A stretch of DNA of 64,000 nt from Vicinamibacteria bacterium (GTDB taxonomy: Bacteria; Acidobacteriota; Vicinamibacteria; Vicinamibacterales; JAENWD01). The stretch lies in NCBI GenBank assembly GCA_963697705.1, contig CAVOPA010000008.1, positions 23,694 to 87,693 of the forward strand, in the 5' to 3' direction. Below, piece by piece: positions 19,362 to 30,030 of the stretch (its first letter is position 1; each line of letters begins with the position of its first letter). The notes below the pieces were generated by a model, which was given only the letters and a program-made list of their open reading frames with translations, was not told the DNA's origin and made no database searches. The translations under genes were made by a program, and so were the position numbers.

Positions 19362-19991
19362 ATGCGCCTCAGACGCTTTCTCCAGAAGGCCCCTCTTTTC
19401 CTCGCGTGTCTCGCGCCCCTGGCGTGGCTCGCCTGGGCGGGGTTTGCCGGCCGTCTGGGCGCGAACCCGATCAGCGAGGTCACCAAAGAGACCGGCACGT
19501 GGACGCTTCGCTTCGTGGTGCTGACGCTCGCGATCACGCCCGTGCGCAAGCTGACTGGCTGGAACCTGCTCGTCCGGTACCGCCGCATGCTGGGCCTGTT
19601 CGCGTTCTTCTACGGCTCGCTGCACTTCCTGACCTACGTCTGGCTCGATCAGTTCTTCGACGCGGCCTCAATCACCAAGGACGTCGTCAAGCGGCCCTTC
19701 ATCACCGTGGGGTTCGCGGCGTTCCTCCTGATGCTGCCGCTGGCCCTGACCTCCACCACCGGATGGATTCGCCGGCTCGGGGGGAAGCGCTGGCAAAGGC
19801 TGCACCGCCTGATCTACGTCACCGCCATGCTCGGCGTCGTGCACTACTGGTGGCTGGTGAAGGCCGACATCGCCCGGCCGTTGACGTACGGGGCCATCGT
19901 CGCGACGCTCCTTGCGGCGCGGGTGGCCCTTCGTGTCACGCCGAAGCCAGCGGCACGCGGGGTTCCTGCGCCGACCGCCCGTCGCGCCTGA
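19362..19991 (+). CDS. msrQ: Sulfoxide reductase heme-binding subunit
   Basis: GANPISEV..ETGTWTL, LAITPVR, RRMLGLFAFFYGSLHF, WQRLHRLIY. Confidence 0.93.
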   Translation: MRLRRFLQKAPLFLACLAPLAWLAWAGFAGRLGANPISEVTKETGTWTLRFVVLTLAITPVRKLTGWNLLVRYRRMLGLFAFFYGSLHFLTYVWLDQFFDAASITKDVVKRPFITVGFAAFLLMLPLALTSTTGWIRRLGGKRWQRLHRLIYVTAMLGVVHYWWLVKADIARPLTYGAIVATLLAARVALRVTPKPAARGVPAPTARRA

Positions 19992-20055
19992 CCGAGTCCG
20001 CACGCCTGCATGCTGTGAACGTCCGTACATGCGGCACGCTTCAGCCCTCGAGGCG

Positions 20056-21636
20056 TCACCGCGCGCCCGGCCACGCGGGATGCGTGTTCAACTCGACGAT
20101 CGCCCGCCAGCGCCGCATGGTGAACAGCGGCCCGCGCGTGACTTCTCGAATGACGTCGTAGTACGCGGCCAGCGCGGGGTCGACGATGCGGTTGCTGCCC
20201 GTCAGCACCGACTCGAAGTAGCCGTCCGGCACCGCGCGCTCGTAGTGCCCGATGCGCCAACGCCGCTTCGCCGGCAGTCGCGCCAGCAGCGGGTCGCCGA
20301 GCCCGAGCGGGTCGATGAAGTGCCGCCCGCGGCCAAGGACGTACCCGGGCATACCGACCGTGTTCCAGATCACGGTCGTCGGATGCTGCGCGCGAAGGCT
20401 CGCGAGCACCCAGGCTTCGTGCTCGGGACCTGTCCGGATCCCGTGGCGCGTGACGAGCGCCGTGCGCGCGAAGTAGTAGCTGCGCTCGTCAACGATTCCG
20501 CTGGGCGGCCAGATCAGCTCGATGGGCTGCTCGAAGCCCCGCAGGAGCAGCGGCGGGAGCGGTCCCGGCGCGGAAACACCGAGAGCGAGCACCGCCACGG
20601 CAGGCGCAACCTGCAGGGCGGCGGAGGCGGGCCACTCCGCCCGCATCAGCAGCATGAGGGCGACGACGAAAGGGGCGGTGAGGAAGCGCCCCGACATGAA
20701 GTCTCCGCCGATGCGCACGACGTACACCAGATAGAGCGCGAGGGCGAGCCCGTGGACCCATCCGCGGAGCCTGCCCGACGAGAGCTGCACCGCAATCGCA
20801 GTCACGATGACCAGCAGCGTCACCGGATCGCGATTCAGCGAGTCGAGCAGGTAGACGAAACCCTGGTGCAGGAGCTCCGGCTGAGGGATGCCGGTGGCGA
20901 GCTTTGCATACGCGGTGTTCGGAAACGGCACGCCGTAGTAGACGATCGCGAACAGTTCCCACGCTGCCAGCGGCCAGAGCCCGGCGGTGAACCACGGCAG
21001 CGTGCGCCGCCAGCGCGCCAGCGAGCCGAGCGCCAGCGGGCTCGCGAGCACGAGCAGATCCAGCCGCGTCGTCCCGATGAGGGCCAGGATCGTGCCACGC
21101 CGGAAAGCACGCTTTCGGCGATCGGTCGGATGGGCACACGCCGTGAGCAGCCACGCGAGCAGCGCGTGCGAGAGCGCATTCTCGAGGCCGCTCGTCGAGT
21201 AGTCGACGAACGCGCTCGACGACGTGAGCGCCACCAGCGCGAACACCGAGGGCCAGGTGCGTCCCCGTGCGACCCGCAGGAGCAACACCACGGCGCACCC
21301 GGTCAACGCCAGAGACAAGCCCAGCGAGCCCAGGTATGGATTCCCCACCAGTGCCGTCGTCGCGAGCAGCAGGAGCATCCAGAGCGGATGCGTGTAGGTC
21401 TGCACTCTTTCCGCGGGGTTCCAGCGGAGGCCATCACCGTGCAACGCGTTGTCCACCGTCCGGAACGTGATGAAGGCATCGTCCGATACCCACGCGGTCC
21501 GCAGGACGACGGCCGCGAACACGATGCCGAGGGCGATGAGGGCTAGGGACGGTCCGTAGCGGAACAGCCCCGGTCGCGGCGCACCGGGCGCATCCACCGA
21601 TCCGGCGACGTGCGTGGACCCCGGAACGGCACTCAT
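20056..21636 (-). CDS. GT-C membrane glycosyltransferase (AftB-like)
   Basis: WVSDDAFITFRTVDN..GLRWNPAERVQTYTHPLW, TSGLEN, YYGVPFPNTAYAK, GGDFMSGRF, RIGHYER. Confidence 0.8.
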   Translation of the reverse strand: MSAVPGSTHVAGSVDAPGAPRPGLFRYGPSLALIALGIVFAAVVLRTAWVSDDAFITFRTVDNALHGDGLRWNPAERVQTYTHPLWMLLLLATTALVGNPYLGSLGLSLALTGCAVVLLLRVARGRTWPSVFALVALTSSSAFVDYSTSGLENALSHALLAWLLTACAHPTDRRKRAFRRGTILALIGTTRLDLLVLASPLALGSLARWRRTLPWFTAGLWPLAAWELFAIVYYGVPFPNTAYAKLATGIPQPELLHQGFVYLLDSLNRDPVTLLVIVTAIAVQLSSGRLRGWVHGLALALYLVYVVRIGGDFMSGRFLTAPFVVALMLLMRAEWPASAALQVAPAVAVLALGVSAPGPLPPLLLRGFEQPIELIWPPSGIVDERSYYFARTALVTRHGIRTGPEHEAWVLASLRAQHPTTVIWNTVGMPGYVLGRGRHFIDPLGLGDPLLARLPAKRRWRIGHYERAVPDGYFESVLTGSNRIVDPALAAYYDVIREVTRGPLFTMRRWRAIVELNTHPAWPGAR

Positions 21637-23253
21637 CGAGGGAGGGTGGAGCGCGGTTCAGTGCGACCCGCTGGCGGACTGGCCGTGAGCTCAGATGAGA
21701 GAACACGGGTAACCTGAGGCTCCTGCACCCGGGACTTCGGCTCCGGCGGGCTGGCGATCGCGAGGCGCAGCGCCGCCATGAGCCGGCGTGGATCGGCGAG
21801 TGGCCCGCGCGTGACGAACCGCACACGGTCGTAGTACGAAGCGAGCGCCGGATCCGCGATGGTATTGTCTCTATCGGGCAGCGAGAGCTCGTAGCCGTCC
21901 GGGATCCGGCGCTCCGCTGCGGCCGGGAACCCCGGAACCCTCTCGGGGCGAAGCCGCGCGAGCAGCGGATCGGTGCGCCCCGTACGGTCGATGACGTGCA
22001 CGCCATAGCCCGCGGCAAATCCAAAGAAGGCCGGGTGCGGCGATGTCTTCACGCGGTTGGTGTCCTGCCAGGCCACCGCTCCGCGTGTCGCCTCGGGGTG
22101 ATGGGGCGGATACCACTGACGGATGTCGTGCAGCAGCCCCGTGGCGGGATAGTCCTCCATCCTCGCGTCGCGATTGTCTGTGGACTGGTCGGAAGTCCCG
22201 AACCGCACGTCAGACTGAAGTGTGGATAGCGCGGGGAAGACGGCAAGGGCCATCAGGGCTGCCGCTGCCGCACCGGCCACCGCGGGCCGCACCAAGACCG
22301 GAAGCCGGAGCAGGATCAGAGTGGATACGAGATACGGGAGAGCGAGCCATCGGCCCGGCATGGCATCACCCGCCCACAAAGCGAGAACTAGGCTGTACGC
22401 GACCACGCCGCACGCGAGCGGACGAGCGTGGTGCCTCGCCGTGGACGCAAGCGCGACCGCGAGGACTATCACCGCCAACGTGAGTGGATCGTGCCGCAGG
22501 ACGAAGCCTAGCAACCTCATGCCCGCGTGCAGGCGTGGCGCGATACCCGCGCCCTCGGTCCACTCCGCGATTACCGGCATCGGCACCGGCGTACCGTAGT
22601 AGAACGCCGCGAAGAGCACCCAGGCGAGAATCGGAGCGCTGGCGCTGAGGACGATCCCTCGCCGCAATACGTCGGTGTAGGCCACGATTTCAGTGGGGCC
22701 GCGCGCTCTCATCGTCGCAGACACCAACGCAGGCGCTGTGATGAGCAAGGAGCCGGCGTGCGTCACCCCGGCCAGCCCGGCCAGCCACGCCATCGTCTTC
22801 AGCTCGCGAGGCCCCGGAGCCCCCCGGAACCACACGATGCAGAACAAGGCAACGAGCAGGTGGGCGAGCGGACCCTCCAGGCCCGACGTCGAGTAGGTGA
22901 CGAACCCCCATGAGAGCGACAGCATCATGGCCGCGAGCAGCACGCCGTCAAGATGCGGAGCGCTGCGCATCACGAGCACGGCTGTCGCAGCCGACAGCAC
23001 GAGTGAGATGACGAAGGTCGTGTAGTACGACTTCTCCCGTGAGCATTCGTCCGCACAGGAGGAGCAGCATCCAGAGCGGATGGTCGAACGCCTGCACGCG
23101 CTCGTTGATGTTCCAGCGAATCCCGTGGCCCGTGGCGGCGTGCTCGATGGTGCGCAGCGTCAGGTACGACAGTTCGCTGAGCCAGGCCGTGCGAATGAGG
23201 ACGATGAGGAAGAGGGCTCCGGCGAGGGCGATGAGGAACCGGCGGCCCGGCAT
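21633..23253 (-). CDS. Divergent AftB-like GT-C paralog, frameshifted near 23030
   Basis: WLSELSYLTLRTIEH..GIRWNINERVQAFDHPLW (ORF 22948..23253), then TSGLEG, GDAMPGRW, DPLLARL (ORF 21633..23000). Confidence 0.7.
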
Positions 23254-23406
23254 CGAGCGGAGTATAGCTCACGGCGATTGGATGCTTACGCCTCGGAGTA
23301 AGGCTGGGGGCTGGAGGCTGGAGGCCCGGGCCGCTCGCGCGCGGTCGGGTGCTTCGCGGCGGCACTCTCCTGCGACGGCGCAGCGGGTGCTACAATCCCG
23401 CCGCCT

Positions 23407-24474
23407 ATGAAAATCCTGCTCTCGCTCCTGCTCGCGATGGTCGGTGTCGCCATGTCCACGTCCGCATCCGCTGCTGACTCACCGGCCGCGCCGATGGCGG
23501 CGGCGGCGCAGAAGTTCCTCGGCTCGCTCGACGCGGCGCAGAAGGCGAAGGCGCAGCTGCCGTTCGATTCCGAGGAGCGGTTCAACTGGTTCTACATCCC
23601 GAAGGATCGCGTGGGGCTGCCGCTCAAGCAGATGACCCCGCCGCAACGCGAGGCCACGATGGCCCTGCTCCACGCCGGCCTGAGCGAGAAGGGCTACACG
23701 AAGGCGGAGGCGATTCGCGCGCTCGAGCCCGTGCTGGCGGAGATCGAGAACAATCCGGTGCGGCGCGATCCCGAGCTGTACTACGTGTCGATCTTCGGCG
23801 ACCCCTCGCCGACGGGGACCTGGGGCTGGCGCTACGAGGGGCACCACATCTCGCAGAACTGGACCGTCGTGCGCGGCCAGTCGATCGCGAGCAGCCCGCA
23901 GTTCTTCGGCAGCAACCCGGCCGAAGTGCGGAACGGCCCGAAGAAGGGCACGCGCGTTCTCGCCGCGGAGGAGGACCTGGCGCGCGCGCTGCTCGGGAGC
24001 TTCACGGACGCGCAGCGCGCGAAGGCGGTGATCAGCGCCGAGGCTCCCGACGACATGCTCACGACGAACACGCGCAAGGCCGCGATTCAGGAGGACACGG
24101 GCCTCTCGCACGAGGAATTGACGCCGGAGCAGCGCGGCCTGCTCATGGCGATCATCGAGGAGTACGCCGGGGCGCAGCAGCGGGCGGTTGCACAGAAGCG
24201 GCTCGAAGCCGTGCGCGCGGCGGGTCTCGGCAAGGTGAAGTTCGCGTGGATGGGCGCCCTCGAGCGCGGCAAGCGGCACTACTACCGCATCCAGGGGCCG
24301 ACGTTCCTGATCGAGTACGACAACACGCAGAACGATGCCAATCACATCCATGCCGTGTGGCGGGACTTCAACGGCGACTTCGGGGTGGATCTACTCTCGG
24401 AGCACTACCGCACCTCTCCGCACCACGCCGACGCGCGACACCACCACGAGCATCCGCACGGCAAGACGCCGTAG
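23407..24474 (+). CDS. DUF3500 family secreted protein
   Basis: Signal peptide; WGWRYEGHHIS, PQFFGSNP, YYRIQGPTFLIEYDNTQNDANHIHAVWRD. Confidence 0.85.
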   Translation: MKILLSLLLAMVGVAMSTSASAADSPAAPMAAAAQKFLGSLDAAQKAKAQLPFDSEERFNWFYIPKDRVGLPLKQMTPPQREATMALLHAGLSEKGYTKAEAIRALEPVLAEIENNPVRRDPELYYVSIFGDPSPTGTWGWRYEGHHISQNWTVVRGQSIASSPQFFGSNPAEVRNGPKKGTRVLAAEEDLARALLGSFTDAQRAKAVISAEAPDDMLTTNTRKAAIQEDTGLSHEELTPEQRGLLMAIIEEYAGAQQRAVAQKRLEAVRAAGLGKVKFAWMGALERGKRHYYRIQGPTFLIEYDNTQNDANHIHAVWRDFNGDFGVDLLSEHYRTSPHHADARHHHEHPHGKTP

Positions 24475-24736
24475 ACAACATGACGCGTGCGCCGGTCCGC
24501 GAGTCGACTGTCCGGCGGAGCACCGAGGATGGTCTCCCAACTCAGTTCCAACCCTCCCCAGCACGTCGGCATGGTCCGTATGACTGTGATCGGGACGAGT
24601 GCCACAACCGCGACGGGATCACTCTGCCGTCGATCCGCCTCGGCGGGACCGCCCTGCCTCGAACCAGAACGATGAGGCGGGCGGCAATCGAGCGTCCCCT
24701 CAGCGCCTGGATGATGGAATCGGGTACCATGACCGG

Positions 24737-26029
24737 ATGCGCAGACGATGGCTGATTGCGGGTGCGCTGCTGATCGCGACGTGCTACGGGGCGTGCGTGG
24801 CACACCACGTACGTCGGCGTCACTACGAGCAGTGGCTTCCCAGGGTACGCGAGGTGGTGGTGGTCCAAGGATGCCGAGCGGCCTCGGGGAACCGATCCAT
24901 GTGATGTTCTTCTACATGGACCACTTCGAACCGGGACACGCCACCAACCGCATGCAGCGCTGGGAACGCGAGTATCCGGCATTTGCACAGAAGCACCGCG
25001 ATCATGAGAAGCGACCAGTCCAGCACACGTGGACCTACCCGGTCGAGCAGCCCATCGCCACGAACCTGATCGCACTCGACGCATCTCGCGTCGGGCGGGT
25101 ACGGGGAAGTCGAGGTTCACTACCACCATTCGACGCTCAGCGAGCTCGATCCCCCTGCGCGATACGAGGCGGTGCGAGACCGCACTCCGCGATGGCATTC
25201 GTTTCATCCAGCAGTACGGGTTTGGCCGCACGATCGACGGGCAGACACAGTTCGGCTTCGTTCACGGCAACTTCGCGCTCGACAACAGCCGGTTCCCGAA
25301 ATTCTGCGGTATCGACGAGGAACTCCAGCTGTTGAGGGGCCTCGGCGCGTACGCCGACTTTTCGTTTCCTGCCATCTGGACGCGGGCCCAGCCGTCCACG
25401 CTGAACGCAATCTACGAAGCGCTGGACACTCCCGCGCCGAAGTCGTACGACACGCCGTTGCCATTTCAGGCGAGCCCGTCAGAGCGATTGCCCATTTTCA
25501 CGGGTCCACTGGTGCTCGCTCCCGTTCTCAAGCGCGCGGCGGGCGTTCGTGTGGATTGAGGACGCGAACATTCACGTCGCGGTGCCCACGACCGCGAGAG
25601 CGCGTCGACTTATGGATATCGGCGAACATTCATGTGCCCGGCCGACCGGAATGGGTGTTCGTGAAGGTGTGGGGCCACTCGGTCGAGTCGGACGCGGAAG
25701 TGTCGAACAATCTAGCGGGTGGCAGTTTCGAGACGGCCCTCGAGTGGCTCGAGAGCCACTACAACGATGGTCGCAAGTACGCGCTTCACTACGTCACGGC
25801 CCGTGAGGCGTACAACGTCGCCAGGGCCGCCGCCGCGGGAAAGTCCGGCGACCCCACGGCGTACTACGATTACGAGGTGAAGCCGTATCTCGCGAATCGG
25901 TCGACATCGGAAGCGGGACGAGCACCCTTCCCTGAGAGCCGGACCGCACCGACGCAAACACCCCATGAGTGGCCGCGCGCGGCATCGTGCCAAGGCATGC
26001 TGATTGCTGGTCGGCCGCCTCAGAGTTGA
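24737..26029 (+). CDS. Conserved His-rich hypothetical protein (possible glycan deacetylase/hydrolase fold), multiple frameshifts
   Basis: Pieces across frames: N-terminal TM, DHFEP, HTWTYP, EVHYHH, FVHGNFALDNS, YADFSFP, RPEWVFVKVWGH, LHYVTAREAYN. Confidence 0.6.
25993..26008 (+). promoter_or_regulatory. Putative sigma54 promoter of the PEP-CTERM gene
   Basis: AGGCAT-GCTGA-TTGCT (GG-N10-GC), 47 bp upstream of ATG 26056. Confidence 0.6.
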
Positions 26030-26055
26030 ACAACGGCATCCGGAAGGGGTCTTCC

Positions 26056-26676
26056 ATGAAGAGCTGCGGCACGGCGGTTCTCTTGTTCGTCCTGTTTGCA
26101 CCAATTACCGCAACAGCCGAACCGTTCACCCTGATGTCGGTTCCGAGTCCGATAACGACTTGGGCTGCAAACGACCACGACTATGCGGTCGTGCTCGCTC
26201 CACTGATCACCTGGGATGCAGCTGCTGCGGCTACCGCAGCCTTTGCCGGGGGCTGGCACCTGGCGACGATCACCAGCGATGCTGAGCAGGGCTTCGTTGG
26301 TTCGTTGGCCTTATCGGGCAGTGAGTTCTGGCTCGGCGGGTTCCAGAATCCGCTGACGACTGTGGCCGCCGATGCGAACTGGACCTGGGTCACCGGTGAA
26401 CCGTTCACCTACACCAATTGGAACGCGGCGACGTTCCTCGAGCCGAATGATTACTACGGGCCCGGAACAGAGCAGCACCTGGCCCTTCTGGGCTCGTCGC
26501 TGTTCCTCGGCCCAGCTGGAACGTGGAACGACGAGGGCAAGCTTCTGAACGTGTCAGGCTACGTCCTCGAAAGGCCTGCGCAGGCCGCCGTGCCGGAACC
26601 CTCGTCAATCGGCCTCACTTTGTTGGGCTTGGTATCTATTGGGCTGGTGCTGAGGCGCCACTCCGCTAGATCCTGA
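26056..26676 (+). CDS. PEP-CTERM-sorted C-type lectin domain protein
   Basis: Signal peptide; HLATITSDAEQ, WLGG, WTWVTGEPFTYTNW..EPND..WND; C-terminal VPEPSSIGLTLLGLVSIGLVLRR. Confidence 0.88.
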   Translation: MKSCGTAVLLFVLFAPITATAEPFTLMSVPSPITTWAANDHDYAVVLAPLITWDAAAAATAAFAGGWHLATITSDAEQGFVGSLALSGSEFWLGGFQNPLTTVAADANWTWVTGEPFTYTNWNAATFLEPNDYYGPGTEQHLALLGSSLFLGPAGTWNDEGKLLNVSGYVLERPAQAAVPEPSSIGLTLLGLVSIGLVLRRHSARS

Positions 26677-27176
26677 ACGCTCGCGCGGTCCGGCAATCTA
26701 ATCCAGCATCACACGTCATACGCGGGGGTTCCGACTGGAGAGTCGTCCGGCCGCTCCTGATGGAATCAACCGATCCGCCAGCGGCGGCGGAAACCCTCGG
26801 CGGGTTTCGTGCGGATTGCCATGATTCTTTGTCGCTGATCGAGAATTCCGAAGAGGTGTGTCGCGAGGGCGCGGCAGTCCGCCCACTCGAAGACGTGAAC
26901 GTCGCTCGGTCGTCGGCACCAGCGGCGGGCGACTGGTCCCACTCGCCTCATGGAGCAGTCCACGGGCCCTGGTCCGTTTAGGGCGCGAGCGTCTCAGGGG
27001 AGGCTGCCGGATCTCTTGGCCTGGTCCGTCAGACAATTGACGGTGCTGGCATCGCAGCCATATTCTAGGGCCGTCGGTAGGGCCCGATCCGTACGGTCGA
27101 CGCGGTTTGGGCGATGCTGCGCGAGAGCGCCACGCCGATGGTGTGTTGGTCCGGGGCTGGCGCGAGGTTGTGCTTA

Positions 27177-28581
27177 TGTCTCAATTGGTCTCGCGTGCTG
27201 AGCGAGTGGGGGCTCTTTCCGTGATCCCGCGGCGTTCATGTTCACGCGCGACGGCGTGCTGTACCGCCAGGTGAACGAGTCGGGCCGTACGGCTTACGAC
27301 GCATTGATGGAATCCGGGTTGTACGGCGAGCTCACCGCGTCGGGTGACCTGGTCCGACACGCCGAAGTCGACCCCACCATGGCCGCCGATGAGCGAGCGC
27401 ACCGCGTTCTGCAACCCGAGCGCGTGGCGCTCATCTCCTACCCGTACGAGTGGTGTTTCTCCCAGCTGAAGGATGCTGCGCTGCTGACGCTGAGACTTCA
27501 GCGCGCTGCGATGGCCCGCGGCATGTCGCTCAAGGACGCAACCGCGTACAACGTGCAGTTCGACGCGGGGCGCCCGATCTGGATCGACACGCTGTCATTC
27601 GAGTCCCTTCGTGTTGGCGCGCCGTGGGTCGCATACCGCCAGTTCTGCGAGTTCTATGTGGCGCCCCTGGCACTCATGCGCTACTCCGACGTGCGGCTCC
27701 ACCAGCTCTTGCGTACGTTCCTCGACGGCGTGCCCGTGGACCTGGCAAGCCGGCTGCTCCCCTGGCGAACACGCGCGTCCACCGGGCTGGGCGTGCACAT
27801 CCACCTCCACGCAGCGGCAGGACGCCGTGCGGCGCGGAAGCAGACGTCTGCCGGGACACCCGGACCGGACCGCCGCCTCCCGAAGCATGCGTTGGAGGGC
27901 CTGATCGACAGCCTGGAGCGGACAGTGAAGGCGCTCGACTGGGAACCCGCGGGGACGGTCTGGGGCGATTATTATGACGCGACGAATTACAGCGAGGCAG
28001 CTTTTGCCCACAAGCGCGAGCTGGTGACCGCGGCCCTCGAGCGCCTGCAGCCGGTGCTGGTGTGGGATCTTGGCGCTAACGACGGCACGTTCAGCCGTCT
28101 CGCGTCGGACCGCGGCATCCGTGTGGCAGCATTCGATGTTGATCCGGCGGCTGTCGAGAAGAATTATCGCCGCGCGCGTGCAGCGCAGGAGCGCGGCATC
28201 GTGCCTCTGGTCATGGACCTGACCAACCCGAGCCCAGCATGCGGCTGGGCAGGACAGGAACGACAGTCGCTCATGGAGCGCGGTCCGGCCGACCTCGTCA
28301 TGGCGCTCGCCCTCGTCCACCACTTGGCGATTGCCCACAACGTGCCGTTCGAGAACCTTGCGGCGTTCTTCGCGTCGCTCGCTCGTTCGCTCGTGATCGA
28401 GTTCGTTCCCAAGGACGATTCCCAAGTGCAGCGAATGCTGGCCACCCGAGAGGACGTGTTCAGTGATTACACACAGGTAGCGTTCGAGCGCGCCTTCGCG
28501 GAGCAGTTCCACATAGCAGAATCCACCCCCGTCACGTCCTCGCGCCGCACCCTGTACATCATGCAGCGGCGGACGGCCTGA
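27177..28581 (+). CDS. NoeA-like protein: kinase-like N-terminal half plus class I SAM methyltransferase (N-terminal frameshift)
   Basis: SFRDP, ISYPYEWCFSQLKDAALLTL, LKDATAYNVQF, IDTLSF; WDLGANDG SAM motif, LALVHHLAI, IEFVPKDD. Confidence 0.8.
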
Positions 28582-28600
28582 GACTCTTCGGCGACCGCGA

Positions 28601-29605
28601 TCACTTCCACCTGCGCAGAACGCGTGTGGCGTTCGCTCGTGCGCCAGGATAAACGTTACAGCGGCCTGCGTCGCGCGCGCGTCCGCCGGTAGGCCCAGCG
28701 GGCAACGCCCGGCGCGTGTCGCAGCGATTGCGCGAACAATCCCAGGGCGATCCCCCCGCGTCGATTCCAAAGCTGTTCGACGGCAACCAGCGCCCGCGGC
28801 ATGTCGCCCCGTCGAGCGCTTCCCGAGCCTGGGCTGCGAGCAGCTCGGTTTCGAATTTGTCGAATCTGCGCGAGCGATGACGTCCGCCGCGGCCGAACCG
28901 GCGGGGCAGTGGCAGTAGCGCCTTGCGATAAACGCGGAGGATGCCAGCGAGCATGCGGACGTCACTCGCGGACAGGCTGTTCGCGTGGCGGCGGTAGAAC
29001 CCCAGCGGCTCCGGATTGCGCAGGAATTTGAACCCGGCGAAGGCCGCACGAATCCAGAAATCATAGTCCTCGTTCGTGCGGAACTCTTCGTCGAAGCCGC
29101 CCACGCGATCGACGACCTCGCGCCGGAACACCGACATGATGAACACCGCCATCTCGTCCCGGAGAATCGTGAGGAGGTCCGGCGCCGGTCTCGCATCCGG
29201 CACCGCCCGTGCGGGCCGACCGTCCTCGGCGCCGCCGCGGTTGATCGCGTTGCCGCTGACGATCGCCACGTCCTCGTGGGCCTCGAGGACCCGCATTTGA
29301 CGTTCCAGGAATGTGGGCGCCCAGCCGTCGTCGCTGTCGAGCAGGGCGAACACCCGCCCTGACGCAACTCCCAGCGCCGTATTGCGTGCGCCTGCAAGGC
29401 CGCGGTTCTCCTGCGACACCACGACGATCCGATCGGGGTGCTCGGCTCGGTAGTGCTCCGCGATCGTCCGCGAGCTGTCCGTGGATCCATCGTCCACGAT
29501 CACCAGCTCGAAATCGGTGTAGGTCTGCGCCAGCACCGAGTCGATGGCCTCGCCGAGGTATCGCTCCACGTTATACGCGGGCATGATCACGCTGACGGTG
29601 GGCAT
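28601..29605 (-). CDS. Glycosyltransferase family 2 (C-terminus probably frameshifted)
   Basis: VSVIMPAYNV, IVDDGSTD, GLAGARN, LLDSDD, NEDYDFW. Confidence 0.88.
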   Translation of the reverse strand: MPTVSVIMPAYNVERYLGEAIDSVLAQTYTDFELVIVDDGSTDSSRTIAEHYRAEHPDRIVVVSQENRGLAGARNTALGVASGRVFALLDSDDGWAPTFLERQMRVLEAHEDVAIVSGNAINRGGAEDGRPARAVPDARPAPDLLTILRDEMAVFIMSVFRREVVDRVGGFDEEFRTNEDYDFWIRAAFAGFKFLRNPEPLGFYRRHANSLSASDVRMLAGILRVYRKALLPLPRRFGRGGRHRSRRFDKFETELLAAQAREALDGATCRGRWLPSNSFGIDAGGSPWDCSRNRCDTRRALPAGPTGGRARDAGRCNVYPGARANATRVLRRWK

Positions 29606-30030
29606 TCTGCGCTCGTGGCGAATATGATGTGCTCAGGGTCGCACAGCGAGAGACGCTGCTGCGCTGCGGGAGCACGAGGTGCTCTGCCGCCGGGACGATG
29701 CGACATGACAACGGCTCTGGCGGTTGGCGTGATCTCGTTCGTGGCTGTGGCACGCAAGACGTGTTCCACGAATGCATGAGCTCACCATCGCCACCAAATC
29801 CGTCTGGCGCAGGAGAGCGTCGCGCCGGCAACGTGTTCCGGAGCGGTGAGCAAGTAGCGCCAGGCGCGCCCGAACCCGGTGACCCGCAGGCGTATCATGG
29901 CGAGGTGTCATCTGTGGGGCGCTGCGGCTACCTGCTCCTCCCCATCCCGTGCCTGCGATTCTGGGGTCTCTCCTGCGACTCACCGCTCCCCGCAACCGGC
30001 GCGCCGAATAGCCCGCGCGGAGATCGTGAG

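Noticed and set aside
19912-21546. Long antisense ORFs (e.g. 19912..21546, 27595..29490, 42194..43840, 46197..47990, 55982..57613)
   Set aside because: Shadow frames of real genes in high-GC DNA; Arg/Ala/Pro-rich with no recognisable motifs
23301-23326. GGCTGG(A/G) heptamer tandem repeat
   Set aside because: Only about three units in an intergenic spacer; too short to interpret
24571-24588. HSHTDH (metallo-beta-lactamase-like motif) on the minus strand
   Set aside because: Isolated hexapeptide with no supporting ORF or further motifs; could be chance
26716-27170. Short ORFs between the lectin and the NoeA-like gene
   Set aside because: No recognisable motif, RBS or consistent frame
27157-27173. 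TGGCGC...GC sigma54-like box before the NoeA-like gene
   Set aside because: GG-GC spacing is 11 rather than 10, and it is only a few bp from the start codon
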